Shown here one piece after another: positions 1-12,652 of a DNA stretch of 64,000 bases. This DNA comes from Octopus sinensis (lineage: Eukaryota). Location of the stretch: positions 7,688,001-7,752,000 of the forward strand of contig NC_043000.1 in the NCBI RefSeq assembly GCF_006345805.1. Reading direction: 5' to 3'. The notes under the pieces are model-generated. The model ran no database searches, was not told the origin of the DNA, and saw nothing but the letters and a program-made list of their open reading frames with translations. Positions within the stretch are counted from its first letter, which is position 1, and every line of letters starts with the position of its first letter. A program made the translations under genes and the position numbers.

Positions 1-417
1 GAAGTTTATTTTCCAACTGCATGGTTTCTGGTTCAGTCCTGCTGTGCAGCAGCTTGGAAAAGTGTCTGCTCCTATTGTTCCAAGCTGGCTAAAGCTTTTT
101 GTGTGTATTAAGTTGATGAAATTTAAAAGAAGTCTATGTATATGTGTGCATTTGTGCCTACCATGTGATAGCTCTGAGTAAATTTTACTGTCATTCAAGC
201 AGTGTTCTTTATTTCAATCTTCTGTGTAAACATGTCCAGCCATGGGGGGGGGGAGATATTACCATGCCTGGAAACAAGTTGATGACAAAAAGGGGCATCC
301 AACCATAGAAAGATCTGTCTCAGTGAATTTTGTTTGCTCTATGCATGCATGGAAAAATGGATGTAAAACAATGATGGTGGCAGAGGCAGTGATGGCAGCG
401 GTGGCACCATCAGCGGC

Positions 418-1194
418 TGTTGTTCCTAAACTTGGAAAATGGGTGCCTCATGAATTGTCTGAAAGCAACCGCAGATCCTGAGTTGACATCTGTTCTTCTC
501 TCCATTCTTGTGAACTTATTTCATCCTTTTTGGATAGACTTGTGATTGGTGACGAAAAATGGATCTTCTATCGAAATGTTAAACATCGTAAACAGTGGCT
601 TGGTAAAAGGGAAACAGCTCAACCACAACCAAGAGGGGAACTTCATGGGAAAAAGGTTCTTCTCTCTATCTGGTGGGATTGCAAAGGAGTAATTCGCTTT
701 GAATTGTTACCACCTAATGCAACAATCAATGCTCAAGTTTACCGTTAGCAATTCGAGCATTTGAACCAAGCTTTGAAGAAAAAAAGACCTGAATTGAAAA
801 GGAGTGATGTTTCATCAGAACAATGCGCAACCCCACACTGCAAATATCACATCACCGAAGATCGAAGAGCTTGGTAGGGAAAAAAAATTCCTCATCCACC
901 TTATTCTCCCAACCTTGCTTCTTCAGACTACCATTTGTTTTATAGTTTACAGAATCATTTGGGGGACATAACTTTCGCAAGCCAGGAGGAGGTCGAAACT
1001 TACATTTCAGAGTTCTTCGCTTTGAAACCAAAAGAGTTTTACATTGATGGGATTAAAAAGCTTGTAAATAGATGGAAGGCAGTCACAGATAATCAAGGAA
1101 AGTACATTGATGATTAAATTTCAATTAAATATAACGTTTGATCACTTGTTTTATTTATTCAAAATTCGGACAGAACTTATGGGATGACCTGATA
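418..1194 (+). mobile_element. Mariner transposon remnant (5'-truncated, disrupted DD34D-type transposase plus right TIR)
   Basis: Motifs KLGKWVPHELSE, GDEKW, LSIWWDCKG, HQNNAQPH and HPPYSPNLASSDYHLF are spread over three ORFs with stops and frameshifts. A mariner-type TIR end (cggacagaacttatgggatgacctga+ta) lies at 1167-1194. Confidence 0.92.
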
Positions 1195-1536
1195 CATACA
1201 CATTAATTTCATGAGTAGGTTGTTCCTTTGATCAGATCAGTTGGAACATTGATCATTGCAATTGATGGAGTGCCATTGGTTGCACTTCTAGCTTGGTACC
1301 GTGTCTGTTTATATACTTTTAGAATATATGTTGTTGTTGTTTGAACCTAGCTCAACACTGACTAAGCAAACCCATGATCAATAGTATTCCACCCTGACCA
1401 TCCTCTTGTACTTTGTTTTCTTTTTCTATTTAGAGCTAGATTATCCAAGTATACCTCCGTTTTCAAAACTGCAGGGTGTATTTTGAGGGAAATTTGGATG
1501 TTATTTCCTACAAATTGATTAACCCTGTAGACAATA

Positions 1537-1722
1537 CAGTTCTAGATTTAAGAGATGAAGAATTATGTACATTATTTACATTCGACGGATATTTTGTCCT
1601 CATCTTGTTGTGTTGTTAGTTACACGTTCAGCTGCTATATACTCCCAGCCTCATCAGATGTCTTGGGAAAATTTTGAACTGGTGGGTTGTTCTCTCCTAT
1701 CCTAAGGTATCCTTTGTTGATT

Positions 1723-1759
<37 letters not shown>

Positions 1760-1918
1760 CTATTATTATACCTTATTATTATTATACCTTAGGAATGAGA
1801 ACCCAGGTTCAAAATTTCACTAAGACACCTAAAGAAGGCTGGTGGGTATATCAGCTGAAACGTTGTGTTAACAACAAACATGATAAGGACAAATATCTGT
1901 CGAATGTAAATAATGTAA
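1537..1918. mobile_element. Fold-back element, hammerhead family A (two inverted tail arms joined by (TAT)n)
   Basis: 1537-1712 is the reverse complement of about 1785-1918. Both arms match the arms at 3205-3345 and 3700-3880. Degenerate hammerhead motifs at about 1622-1662 (-) and 1824-1869 (+). Confidence 0.8.
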
Positions 1919-3254
1919 GTAATGAAACCTGTAGATGTTTCCTTGTTGGCTCAAATCAGAATATATCTGAAGGAAAGTTGTTAGATGGGACAATAAACAT
2001 CAGAATGAAAGACTATTTGTAATATATCCTCTGTTGTTTGGTTAACAACATATACAGGTACTGAGAAGCAGATTAGCGAACTGATTGGTACATTTATTTT
2101 TCTTCTTAACGATGAAAGCTAAACATATATCCTTTTGATTCTCCATGAGGGATTGTGCTGTGATCAAGATCAAAAAGAAATATTCACTCGCAAAAATACT
2201 GTGGATTTGTAAAGAATTCTGAAAAGACTTTAAAAATGTTACCATTTTTTTTTTCCATTGTTTTGTTTTAGATTCATTGAGCCTGAGGAGATAAAGAATT
2301 AAAGATTCATCAATCTTTTGATCTTAGTGTAATATTGTTCTGAAAATAGGTTGGGAAAACATGATGGGAAGTCATCGGGGCTGTTAGCATAGTCAGTTGA
2401 CTAAAGGCAAACTTCAAGAAAGTACTTTACAATGAACAACAAGAAATATTAAATAGCACAAGACTGAAAATTAAACTTTATGTAGGCTACGTTTGAAGTT
2501 CAAGAAATCAAAGAATATGTTTGTTATGGTGACTTTCTGTGATCTTCCTTTGAGAAAAGAATGACACCATTTCAAAACAGAACTAACAGTCAACAATATT
2601 TCCTTGGAAATGTCGTATAAAATGCCATGGTCTCCAGCACTAAAGGAACGTTATGGTATTTCTGAATATCAAGGGAAAGTGTGAAGCTTGTCAATATACA
2701 TTTCGTGAAGTACATAAAAATTATAAATTCAGTCAGTTTGAAATGTGGCTTGAAGGAAAGTTATGATTAAGGTCAGTTAAAAAAAAAAGGAAAAATAAAA
2801 ATAAAAGTAACTTAACCCACTTAATACCAATAATATTTCCAGTTATTATGGATATATTGTTATAATTATTGGGAGATAATGAATAAAAAGAAAAATTGTA
2901 TCGTACTAGGGGAGACAAATGGATACAAGCTAGTCTCTGGGGAAAAGATCAAACAATCCGAGTAATTAAGAAAACCATGTCAGGAGGACAGGAATGGATA
3001 AAGTTGCCTTAGATTTCAAATTCCGGAGAAGTAGCAAATCACATCACCGTCATCGTTGTCGTCATCATCATCATCATCATCATTCATCATTCACTATCAT
3101 TGTTTTAACATGCATTTTTTCATGCTTGTTTGGGTTGAAGTAGATTTTTGACAGCAGGATGCCCTTCTTGTTATCAGCCCTCACCTGATTCCAAGTAAAG
3201 TAATAATTCATTATTTACATTTGACGGATATTTGTCCTCATCTTGTTTGTTGTT

Positions 3255-3300
3255 AACACAACGTTTCAGCTGATATACTCTCCAGCCTTCATCAGGTGTC
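3255..3300 (-). ncRNA. Minimal type I hammerhead ribozyme
   Basis: Minus strand reads GACAC CUGAUGA A GGCUG gagaguauau CAGCU GAAA C GUU GUGUU. Stem I is GACAC/GUGUU, the core is intact, stem II is GGCUG/CAGCU, stem III is the loopless palindrome ACGU, and the cleavage triplet is GUU. Confidence 0.85.
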
Positions 3301-3346
3301 TTGGGGAAATTTCGAACCTGGGTTCTCATTCCTAAGATATTTTTCG

Positions 3347-3377
<31 letters not shown>

Positions 3378-3756
3378 TCACTGCCTGGAATCAAACTCGG
3401 AATCTTGGGGTTAGTAGCCTGCGCTCTTAACCACTATACCATATACCCATGGGCATATGGCATAATGGTTAACCCCAAGATTCTGAGTTTGATTCCAGGC
3501 AGTGACCTGAATATATTAATTATAATGATAATAATAATAATAATATAATAATAATAATAATAATAATAATAAAATATAAATAATATGGTTAATCCCAAGA
3601 TTCTGAGTTTGATTCCAGGCAGTGACCTGAATAATATTAATAATAATGATAATAATAATAATAATAATAATGATAATAATAATAGTAATAATAATAATAA
3701 CATCAAAAAATACCTTAGGAATGAGAACCCAGGTTCGAAATTTCCCCAAGACACCT

Positions 3757-3800
3757 CACCTGATGAAGGCTGGAGGGTATATCAGCTAAAACGTTGTGTT
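3757..3800 (+). ncRNA. Mutated hammerhead ribozyme copy (family A)
   Basis: cac CTGATGA A GGCTG..CAGCT AAAA CGTT GTGTT; the GAAA box is mutated to AAAA. Confidence 0.65.
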
Positions 3801-4578
3801 AACAACAAACAAGATGAGGACAAATATCCGTCAAATGTAAATAATGTAAATAATTCCTCATCTCTTAAATATAGAACTGAAGCAATATTTCCCCTTGATT
3901 GGACAAGTTTCCACAGGAGTTTGTAAACAAGGACACTGTTTTTATGATCCTGACATTTGTTTACAATTATCATGTGATATCAAGGCAAGATCATACACCA
4001 ACACACACATACACACGCTGAACATCTTTCCGTTTCCATCTACCAAATTCTTTCGCAATTCTTTAGTCAGCCTTGGACTATAGTAGAAAAAAAAATTACC
4101 TGAGGTGCTTTGCAATGGGACTGAACTTGAAACCCTGTGGTTGTGAAGCAATTAAAAATAATGGAATTCAGTAAAATCATTTTGAATATTTCCTGACTAC
4201 AAAAATAACACGATACCAGTGACAGGGATTGAGCTGAAGTACTTTGACACAGAAGTTCAGTACTTCAAAAGCATGCATCATATAAAGCTTATATATTGCC
4301 TGTAAGATTATAGTTTCCTTTTCTAAAACCTAAAAGTAAAAATAAAATGTTGAAAAGTGACGCAAATGAAGATCGTAATCTAAAAGCTAACCTATTGATT
4401 TATCTCAATACTTTAACTCAAAGACAAAGATATATTTAAGTCAGACACCGAGCTGCTAATGTGTTCTGTTTTATGGCCATGATGCTGTTGTTCGTCAAAA
4501 ATAGAACATTGGTAACATAAAGAGATTCATATCAAATTAGTGACAAAATTTTGTCGATCGCATAATTTTGTAATTCAG

Positions 4579-4619
4579 GCTCAGTCTTACATGACATTTC
4601 TTGAAATAAAATATGTGAG
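4579..4619 (+). CDS. Putative internal coding exon of unidentified host gene (AQSYMTFLEIKYV-R)
   Basis: Acceptor ttttgtaattcag and consensus donor GAG|gtaagt. The 41-bp exon ends in phase 2 (AG), which matches the phase-2 start of the 6526 exon (AG+A = Arg). Confidence 0.55.
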
Positions 4620-5629
4620 GTAAGTTAGCTGCAGTTGGAGTCTGGATTGAATGAAACAAGAGGAAAAAAGCAAAAGAATTCGTTCTGTTGTATTGTATGA
4701 CATTATCCAAGTTGTTCAAGGATGTCAAATCATGATAGAATATGTTACATTATATATGCATTCTTCAAAAGGGATATGAGATTTTATGGATTTTTTTCCT
4801 GATCATTTAACTATTGCATAAACTACTGCTAGTGCTTAGGGAGTTGAGTTTAGGGGGAAATATTAAAGGGTGTTCGAATTCATGTTTGCTGGCAACAAGT
4901 TCAAAGATTTATGAATAAATTCAGATTTGATCAGCTTGTTCTTTCATCTCTTTGGGATTGTTAAAGGGGAAGAGTGACTTGTGTATGGGGTTTCCATTTG
5001 ATGTGAATTTCATGTAAACCATATCTCAAATCCTATTATATAATCTCTATAGTTAACAAATATCTTCTCCAAAAACAAATTAATATTTATCTACATGGAA
5101 AAATTTCCACAATATTATAGGAAAAATATTTTTATGTCCCTTTTCTCTATTTGAATTAGTTTGATGGATCTAGCTTCTCCAAAGATATTCTGTGATGTAC
5201 TTGGAGACCTCATCAATGATTTTTTCCTGGGGGTGGGGACTATTGGGTATTTTTTGTCTTTCAACAATCAAATATCTTCACCCAGGTGACACTTGTTTAC
5301 AATTATCATGTGATGTCAAGGCAAGATCATTTACCAACACACACATACTGAGCTTCTTTCAGTTTCCCTTTTCACAATGCTTAAGTTAGCCTTGGGCTAT
5401 ATATAATAGAAAAAACATTTGCCCCAGGTGCTTTGCAATGAGACTGAACTTGAAACCATGTGGTTGCGAAGCAAGTAAAAATGATGGAATTCAGAAAAAT
5501 CATTTTGAATATTTCCTGACTATGAAAATAACACGATACCAGTGACAGGGATTGAGCTGAAGTATTGTGACAAGGATTGCATTCAAGTACTGTGATCAAA
5601 CTCTAGCTTGTGCCCATTTAGCACTAGCC

Positions 5630-5900
5630 CTAGTAGTGCTGCCCCTCCCAAGGCTTACACTGTCTGATCCACAGCCACCTTGAAGCAATCTCATCTGCCT
5701 CCTTAGCCAAATTAATAACCTTTTTCCTTACTAGTCTCTGTGATACCCAGCATGTTGTAGGATCTGCAGAGGAACTGATCTCAAACCTTCGGCATTCCAT
5801 CTCAATGGAATTACACCTCATCTACCACCCATTGCCATAGATTCACCAGCTCAGCATATTTCCTTCTCTTTGTCGCATTCATCTCCTCAACATATTCTTT
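5630..5900 (-). mobile_element. Hero-like non-LTR retrotransposon remnant (restriction-like endonuclease C-terminus)
   Basis: Translates to RRKYAELV..RCNSIEMECRRF..AKEADEIASRWLWIR, matching the KY..L..EVGCRGF..ASRWLW pattern. Confidence 0.65.
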
Positions 5901-5974
5901 CCAGAAAATAGAAATTCTATCTTTCGTTTTTGGATTTGGTTTGCAAGATTCTTATATGAGTTCGTGTGTTGAAG

Positions 5975-6330
5975 CATATTTTGTTGTGTCTGGGGAGAGT
6001 CATTTTCTTTTTGTGCCTTATAATGTAACACACACACCGGTAAAATTTCCACTTATTTCTTATTTTTATTTTCCTATATATACATACATACACACATACA
6101 TACGTACATGCATAGGCACGCACACACACACTGACCCACACACATGTGCACAAACAAACAAAAAGGAACGCAGTGTAAATAACGGACAGAGTCAAGACTA
6201 TTGAAAAGGTTGCAAGATGCAACAAAAATTTTAGGAAAATAAAAATAAGAAATAAGTGGAAATTTTACCAGTGAGGGTGTTACATTAAAAGGCACAAAAA
6301 GAAAATGACTCTCCCCAGACACAACAGAAA
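5975..6330. repeat. Fold-back repeat (about 95-bp inverted arms around a CA-rich spacer)
   Basis: tgttgtgtctggggagagtc...ttttccta (5982-6076) is inverted at 6232-6325. Confidence 0.8.
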
Positions 6331-6525
6331 TTCTATCCTTAATAGCTTTTAGACCGTATGTTTCACACTTGGATAATTATGCCAATGCTTTTCACTGTTT
6401 TAAGCCACATTTAATGATGGATGCAAGTAGAATAATCTACCTTCTATAATGATAAACACGAAAATTTATCTGTCCATCCCTCCATCTGAGATTCCTGTAT
6501 TACAGTCTATATTTGCTCTCCATAG

Positions 6526-6613
6526 ACATATTATACCTTTTTGGAATCAGGATGATTCTGGGATTGTAAATCCGCCCTTCATTTGGTTCTCAAACATCCA
6601 GCATTGGAATCAG
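6526..6613 (+). CDS. Putative internal coding exon (HIIPFWNQDDSGIVNPPFIWFSNIQHWNQ)
   Basis: Acceptor tatttgctctccatag and donor CAG|gtctga. Only one frame is open (phase 2 to 0), and it is compatible with the 4579-4619 exon. Confidence 0.55.
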
Positions 6614-6944
6614 GTCTGACAGTTGAAAATTCAAATTTTGAAAGAAATTCCAAAAATTTGTAAAGTTACAAGTTTTTCATTTAAATTGTATTTACAGTAA
6701 TACCATATTGTTAGGGTACCAATGAATACTTTATTATTATTGCTCTCTTTAGTTTTGGGCACAGGCCCAATTAACCCTTTCAGGAGCTGGCCTAAAAGTC
6801 TGCACGGAGTGTGGCTTTTAAGCTAGTACTCTAATAATTTTATCTACTATAGGCACGAGGTTTGAGATTCTTTGAAGAGCAGGTCTAGTCAATTACATTG
6901 ACCCCAGTGCTCAACTGATACTTATGTTTTCTGTTCTGAGTTTC

Positions 6945-7170
6945 TGGAGAGGTCTGAGGCTGGCCAGTTGATGTTCGTTTCAATGCTGAACCACTAGCTC
7001 TGAAGTTGGTAAACCATAATAAAATCATGTTTTGAGCCGGTACGGGATCTTGTCTACCAAGCCTAAAGTGCACATAGAACGCTCTTTGCATTGCAGTTAC
7101 TGATTTGTTGTTCTTGATAAACGTTTCCACAATGAAAACATGATACTCACCTGTCCAATCCATCTGGATA
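6945..7170 (-). mobile_element. Tc1/mariner-superfamily transposase N-terminal remnant (DUF4817-like HTH)
   Basis: MDWTGEYHVFIVETFIKNNKSVTAMQRAF...VP..ILLWFTNFRASGSALKRTSTGQPQT resembles the DUF4817 pattern. Confidence 0.7.
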
Positions 7171-7237
7171 ATCTGAAACAAGATGAAACAAAATGGCATT
7201 ATGTGTACATTTGGAAAATAAAAATACTTTTTTCATT

Positions 7238-7451
7238 CTCTTTTACTTGTTTCAGTCATTTGACTGCGGCCATGCTGGAGCACCACCTTTAGTCAAGCAA
7301 ATTGACCCCAGGACTTATTCTTTGTAAGCCTAGTACTTATTCTATTGGTATCTTTTGCTGAACCACTAAGTTACAGGGACATAAACACACCACCATCGGT
7401 GTCAAGCAATGTTGGGGGGACAAACAGAGACACACAAACATATACGCACAT

Positions 7452-7482
<31 letters not shown>

Positions 7483-7825
7483 GATATATATATATATATA
7501 TATATATCACGCGATCACGCGACCGACCAGACCATCAGATGTTGTTACACATCGCTGAAATCGCGATCCTATGACTGTGAATCTGCTGCTGCTGCCCCTA
7601 ACCACTGGGGCCATGGCGCCTCCACTGGGGCCATGGTGCCTATATATATATATACATATATACGACGGGCTTTTTTCAGTTTCCATCTACCAAATCCACT
7701 CACAAGGCTTTGGTCGGCCCGAGGCTACGGTAGAAAACACTTGCCCAAGGTGCCACGCAGTGGGAATGAACCTAGAACCATGTGGTTGGTAAGCAAGCTA
7801 CTTATCACACACCCACTCCTGCACC
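7238..7825 (-). mobile_element. tRNA-derived SINE family 1 with a nested fragment of SINE group 2 (about 7508-7630)
   Basis: Reverse complement of the 8267-8680 element. The nested piece sits in the internal (TA)n. Confidence 0.85.
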
Positions 7826-7911
7826 ATTATTTATTTTATTTCGCTTTTATTAAACCTACAACTGTATCAGTTCATTTTGCCCCACTTTGTATTATCTTGT
7901 AGCTTCCAGGT

Positions 7912-8180
7912 TTGATGATGTGATTGTTTATGTTTTAAATGACATTGTAGGGTAGGTCTAAGAGGCTAGATCTAGCTGGTTTAAACCCTGCACATTCAAA
8001 CCAGCCATATCAGGCTCAAATATTCTACCTATTTTATGTTCAAACTGGCCAGATCCAGCCACTCTCACCTATCCTACAATGTCATTCTAAAAATTAACAA
8101 TCACATCATAAAAATCTTGAAGTCATTAGATAGTACTCGGTTAATTGAAAACGATGTGAATAAATAAAGATAAATTTGAT
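7912..8180. mobile_element. Inverted pair of piggyBac-type MITE fragments
   Basis: Both arms are homologous to the TTAA-flanked MITE at 35883-36105. Confidence 0.6.
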
Positions 8181-8266
8181 TCTTATTGATATTCATTATC
8201 TACAAGCTAAAGAAGTATGGCTTATACACTTGGAGTGAACTGAGTCACATTAGAGCTTTAACTAAA

Positions 8267-8680
8267 GGCATAGGAGTGGCTGTGTGGTAAGTAGCTTGCT
8301 TACCAACCACATGGTTCTGGGTTCAGTCCCACAGTGTGGCACCTTGGGCAAGCGTCTTCTACTATAGCCTCTGGCCAACAAAAGCCTTGTGAGTGGATTT
8401 GGTAGACAGAAACTGAAAGAAGCCCGTCGTATATATGTATATATATATATTTATGTGTGTGTATATGTTTGTGTGTCTGTGTTTGTCCCTCCAACATTGC
8501 TTGACAACTGATGCTGGTGTGTTTACGTCCCCATAACTTAGTGTGGTTCGGAAAAAGAGACCGATAGAATAAGTACTAGACTTACAAAGAATAAGTCCTG
8601 GGGTCGATTTGCTCGACTAAAGGCGGTGCTCCAGCATGGCCACAGTCAAATGACTGAAACAAGTAAAAGAGTAAAGAGTA
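8267..8680 (+). mobile_element. tRNA-derived SINE family 1, full length
   Basis: Head ggcataggagtggctgtgtggtaag..gggttcagtcc (A/B boxes), internal (TA)/(TG) tract, tail ..gactgaaacaagtaaaagag. More than ten copies in the window. Confidence 0.9.
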
Positions 8681-8894
8681 AAGCTTTAAACTTGCAGACA
8701 GAATTAGGGAACTGATTGTCTCATCAGCTTAGCATGTAGATTAACAACAGGAACATAGAGACAGAGGTTATAAAAAAAAAGGCAGGAGATGCTGCTGATG
8801 CTGATGATGATGACAGTGGTATTGTGCAGAAATTAAAATAATCTTAGAATGATGGATTCCTTTATGAGAATATGTTTACCGTGGCCACTGCCAT

Positions 8895-11435
8895 CATTGT
8901 CACCACCATCACCCTCTACCATCACCCTCTACCATCACCCACCACCACCAAAACCACCATCACCCACCACCATCACCCACCACCATCACCCACCACCATC
9001 ACCCACCACCATCACCCTCTACCATCACCCACCACCACAAAACCACCATCACCCACCACCATCACCCACACCACCAACCCACCACCATCACCCCCACCAC
9101 CATCACCTCTACCATCACCCACACACCAAAAACCACCATCACCCACCACCATCACCACCCACCATCACCCCCACCATCACCCACCACCATCACCCTCTAC
9201 ACCTCACCCACCACCACCAAAACCACCATCACCACCACCATCACCCACCACCATCACCCACCACCATCACCCACCACCATCACCCTCTACCATCACCCAC
9301 CACCACCAAAACCACCATCACCCCACCACCATCACCCACCACCATCACCCACCACCATCACACACCACCATCACCCTCTCCCATCACCCACCACCACCAA
9401 AACCACCATCACCCACCACCATCAACCCCACCATCACCCCCACCACCATCACCCCCACCATCCACATCACCCTCTAACCATCACCCACCACCACCAAAAC
9501 ACCCCATCAACCCCACCCCATCACCCACCACCATCACCCACCACCATCACCCACCACCCATCACCTCTACCATCACCCACCACCCCAAAACCACCATCAC
9601 CCCCACCTCACCATCACCCACCACCATCACCCTCTACCCATCACCCACCACCACCAAAACCACCATCACACCCCCACCACCATCACCCACCACCATCACC
9701 AACACCATCACCCACCACCATCACCCTCTACCATCACCCACCACCCCCAAAACCACCATCACCCACACCATCACCCACCACCATCACCCACCACCATCAC
9801 CCACCACCATCACCCTCTACCATCACCCACCACCACCAAAACCACCATCACCCACCACCATCACCCACCACCATCACCCTCTACCATCACCCACCACCAC
9901 CAAAACCACCATCACCCACCACCATCACCCACCACCATCACCCACCACCATCACCCACCACCATCACCCTCTACCATCACCCACCACCACCAAAACCACC
10001 ATCACCCACCACCATCACCCACCACCATCACCCACCACCATCACCCACCACCATCACCCTCTACCATCACCCACCACCACCAAAACCACCATCACCCACC
10101 ACCATCACCCACCACCATCACCCCCACCCTCACCCACCACCATCACCCTCTACCATCAACCCACCACCACCAAAACCAAACCACCATCACCCACCACCAT
10201 CACCCCACCACCATCACCCTCTACCATCACCCACCACCACCCAAAACCACCATCACCCACCACCATCACCCACCCCACCATCACCCACCACCATCACCCA
10301 CCACCACCACCATCACCCTCTACCATCACCCCCCACCACCAAAACCACCATCACCCACCACCATCACCCCACCACCTCACCACCCACCACCATCACCACC
10401 CACCATCACCCTCTAATACCCATCACCCACCACCACCAAAACCATCATCACCCACCACCATCACCCACCACCATCCACCCTCTACCATCACCCACCACCA
10501 CCAAAACCACCATCACCCACCACCATCACCCACCACCATCACCCACCACCATCACCCACCACCATCACCCTCTACCATCACCCCACCACCACCAAAACCA
10601 CCATCACCCACCACCATCACCCACCACCATCACCCACCACCATCACCCACCACCATCACCCTCTACCATCACCCACCACCACCAAAACCATCATCACCCA
10701 CCACCATCACCCACCACCATCACCCTCTCCATCACCCACCACCACCAAACCACCATCACCCACCACCATCACCCACCACCATCACCCTCTACCATCACCC
10801 ACCACCACCAAAACCACCATCACCCACCACCATCACCCACCACCATCACCCACCACCATCACCCACCACCATCACCCCTCTACCATCACCCACCACCCCA
10901 AAACCACCATCACCACCACCACCATCACCCACCAACCACCATCACCACCACCATCACCCACCACCATCACCTCTACCATCACCCACCACCACCAAAACCA
11001 TCATCACCCACCACCATCACCCACCCACCACCATCACCCACCACCATCACCCTCTACCATCACCACCACCACCACCAAAACCATCATCACCCACCACCAT
11101 CACCCACCACCATCACCCACCACCATCACCCTCTACCATCACCCACCACCACCAAAACCATCATCACCCACCACCATCACCCACCACCATCACCCACCAC
11201 CATCACCCTCTACCATCACCCACCACCACCAAAACCACCATCACCCACCACCATCACCCACCACCATCACCCTCTACCATCACCCACCACCACCAAAACC
11301 ACCATCACCCACCACCATCACCCACCACCATCACACCCACCACCATCAACCACCACCATCACCCACACCTCTACCATCACACCCACCACCACCAAACCAC
11401 ACACCATCACCCACCCCATCACCCACCACCATCAC
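8895..11435. repeat. G-less C/A-rich minisatellite with a 13-bp base unit and higher-order variants
   Basis: Units CACCACCATCACC, CTCTACCATCACC and CACCACCACCAAAA recur in ordered blocks over about 2.5 kb. Confidence 0.95.
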
Positions 11436-11856
11436 CTGATTGTCTCATCACTTAGCATGTAGATTAATCAACAGAACATACATACAGAGGTTATACAAAA
11501 AAAGTGCAGGAGATGCTGCTGATGCTATGATGATCACAGTGGTATTGTGCAAAATTAAAATAATCTTAGAATGATGGATTCCTTTATGAGAATATTTATA
11601 CCGTGGCCACCCTAGCCATCATTGTCCCCACCATCCACCCACCACCATCACCACCCCCACCATCCACCCTACTCCATCGCACCCTCTACCATCACCCTCT
11701 ACCATCACCCACCACCACCAAAACCATCATCACTGGTGCCTTAATTAGGGAAATTAGATTTGCTTGTTTCTATTTAAGGTAGATCAATAAGTTTCGATTC
11801 AAATATATCTTTATTTGATATATGATGATAAAGTTTCTTTGGGAGACTGATACTTT

Positions 11857-11867
11857 ATACATATATG

Positions 11868-11900
<33 letters not shown>

Positions 11901-11941
11901 GTATACAAATACATACATACATACATACATACATACATACA

Positions 11942-11972
<31 letters not shown>

Positions 11973-11995
11973 GTATATATGTATTTATGTATGTG
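11857..11995. repeat. (TA)n/(TACA)n microsatellite
   Basis: Directly visible. Confidence 0.95.
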
Positions 11996-12404
11996 ATGTA
12001 CAGGAAGAGATGAGGTACGGTGAGATGGATTGTTTCAATTTCTATTTTTAAGTACCTCCATTGTTCTTGAATATATCTGTCTTCCTTTATATTCATTTTA
12101 CTGTTAGGAACATTCCATAGAAGTCATCTTGTCGAAGGAAGACTCTACAGAGAGGGTCGACTTAATTCTTTGTGTGTGTGTTTCTTGTGCACACACATTC
12201 ACACACATCGCCATTGCTGTCATCCTCATCATCATTGATGAAACGTGTTGAGGCAGTTTTCTACAGCTGGACTCCCATTCTTCTAGTAATTCTTTCTTGT
12301 TTCCTAGTAAGGTATATTCTGTTTTTTTGTTAACAAAAATCCACACCTATGCATTGGCATTATTTTACCTGAAAGACTAGGAACTTATATGCACGCACAC
12401 ATAT

Positions 12405-12550
12405 ACCTACCTACCAACCTGTCTTTATCTGTCTGTTTGTTTGTCTGCCTGTCTGTCCATCTGTTTGTCCATCCTTCTGTCTGTCTGTCCGTCCATCTGT
12501 CAATCTGTTTATCTATCTGCCTGTCTGTTTGTCTATTTATCTGTCCGTCC

Positions 12551-12621
<71 letters not shown>

Positions 12622-12652
12622 CATCCATACATCCATCCATACATACATACAC
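12405..12652. repeat. (TCTG)n/(TCTA)n microsatellite
   Basis: Directly visible. Confidence 0.95.

Larger units (their letters stand above)
3205..3880. mobile_element. Head-to-head inverted pair of tRNA-head + (AAT)n + hammerhead-tail elements (family A)
   Basis: Palindrome centre ccatatacccat/gggcatatgg at about 3449. Minus-strand head 3448-3374 has an A box (TGGTATAGTGG) and a B box (GAGTTTGATTC), followed by an (AAT)n spacer and a tail with a hammerhead. The + copy has an internally deleted, duplicated head. Confidence 0.8.

Noticed and set aside
7345-7902. Recurrent ORFs containing HLPKVPRSG/YQIHSQGF and RPRKDERQSRP
   Set aside because: Chance translations of high-copy non-coding SINEs.
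8849-11455. 868-aa Pro/His/Thr extensin-like ORF
   Set aside because: Product of a G-less 13-bp minisatellite that can hardly form stop codons. The unit is not a multiple of 3 and the translation cycles through all frames.
12106-12175. Candidate exon EHSIEVILSKEDSTER
   Set aside because: Acceptable acceptor but no credible donor.
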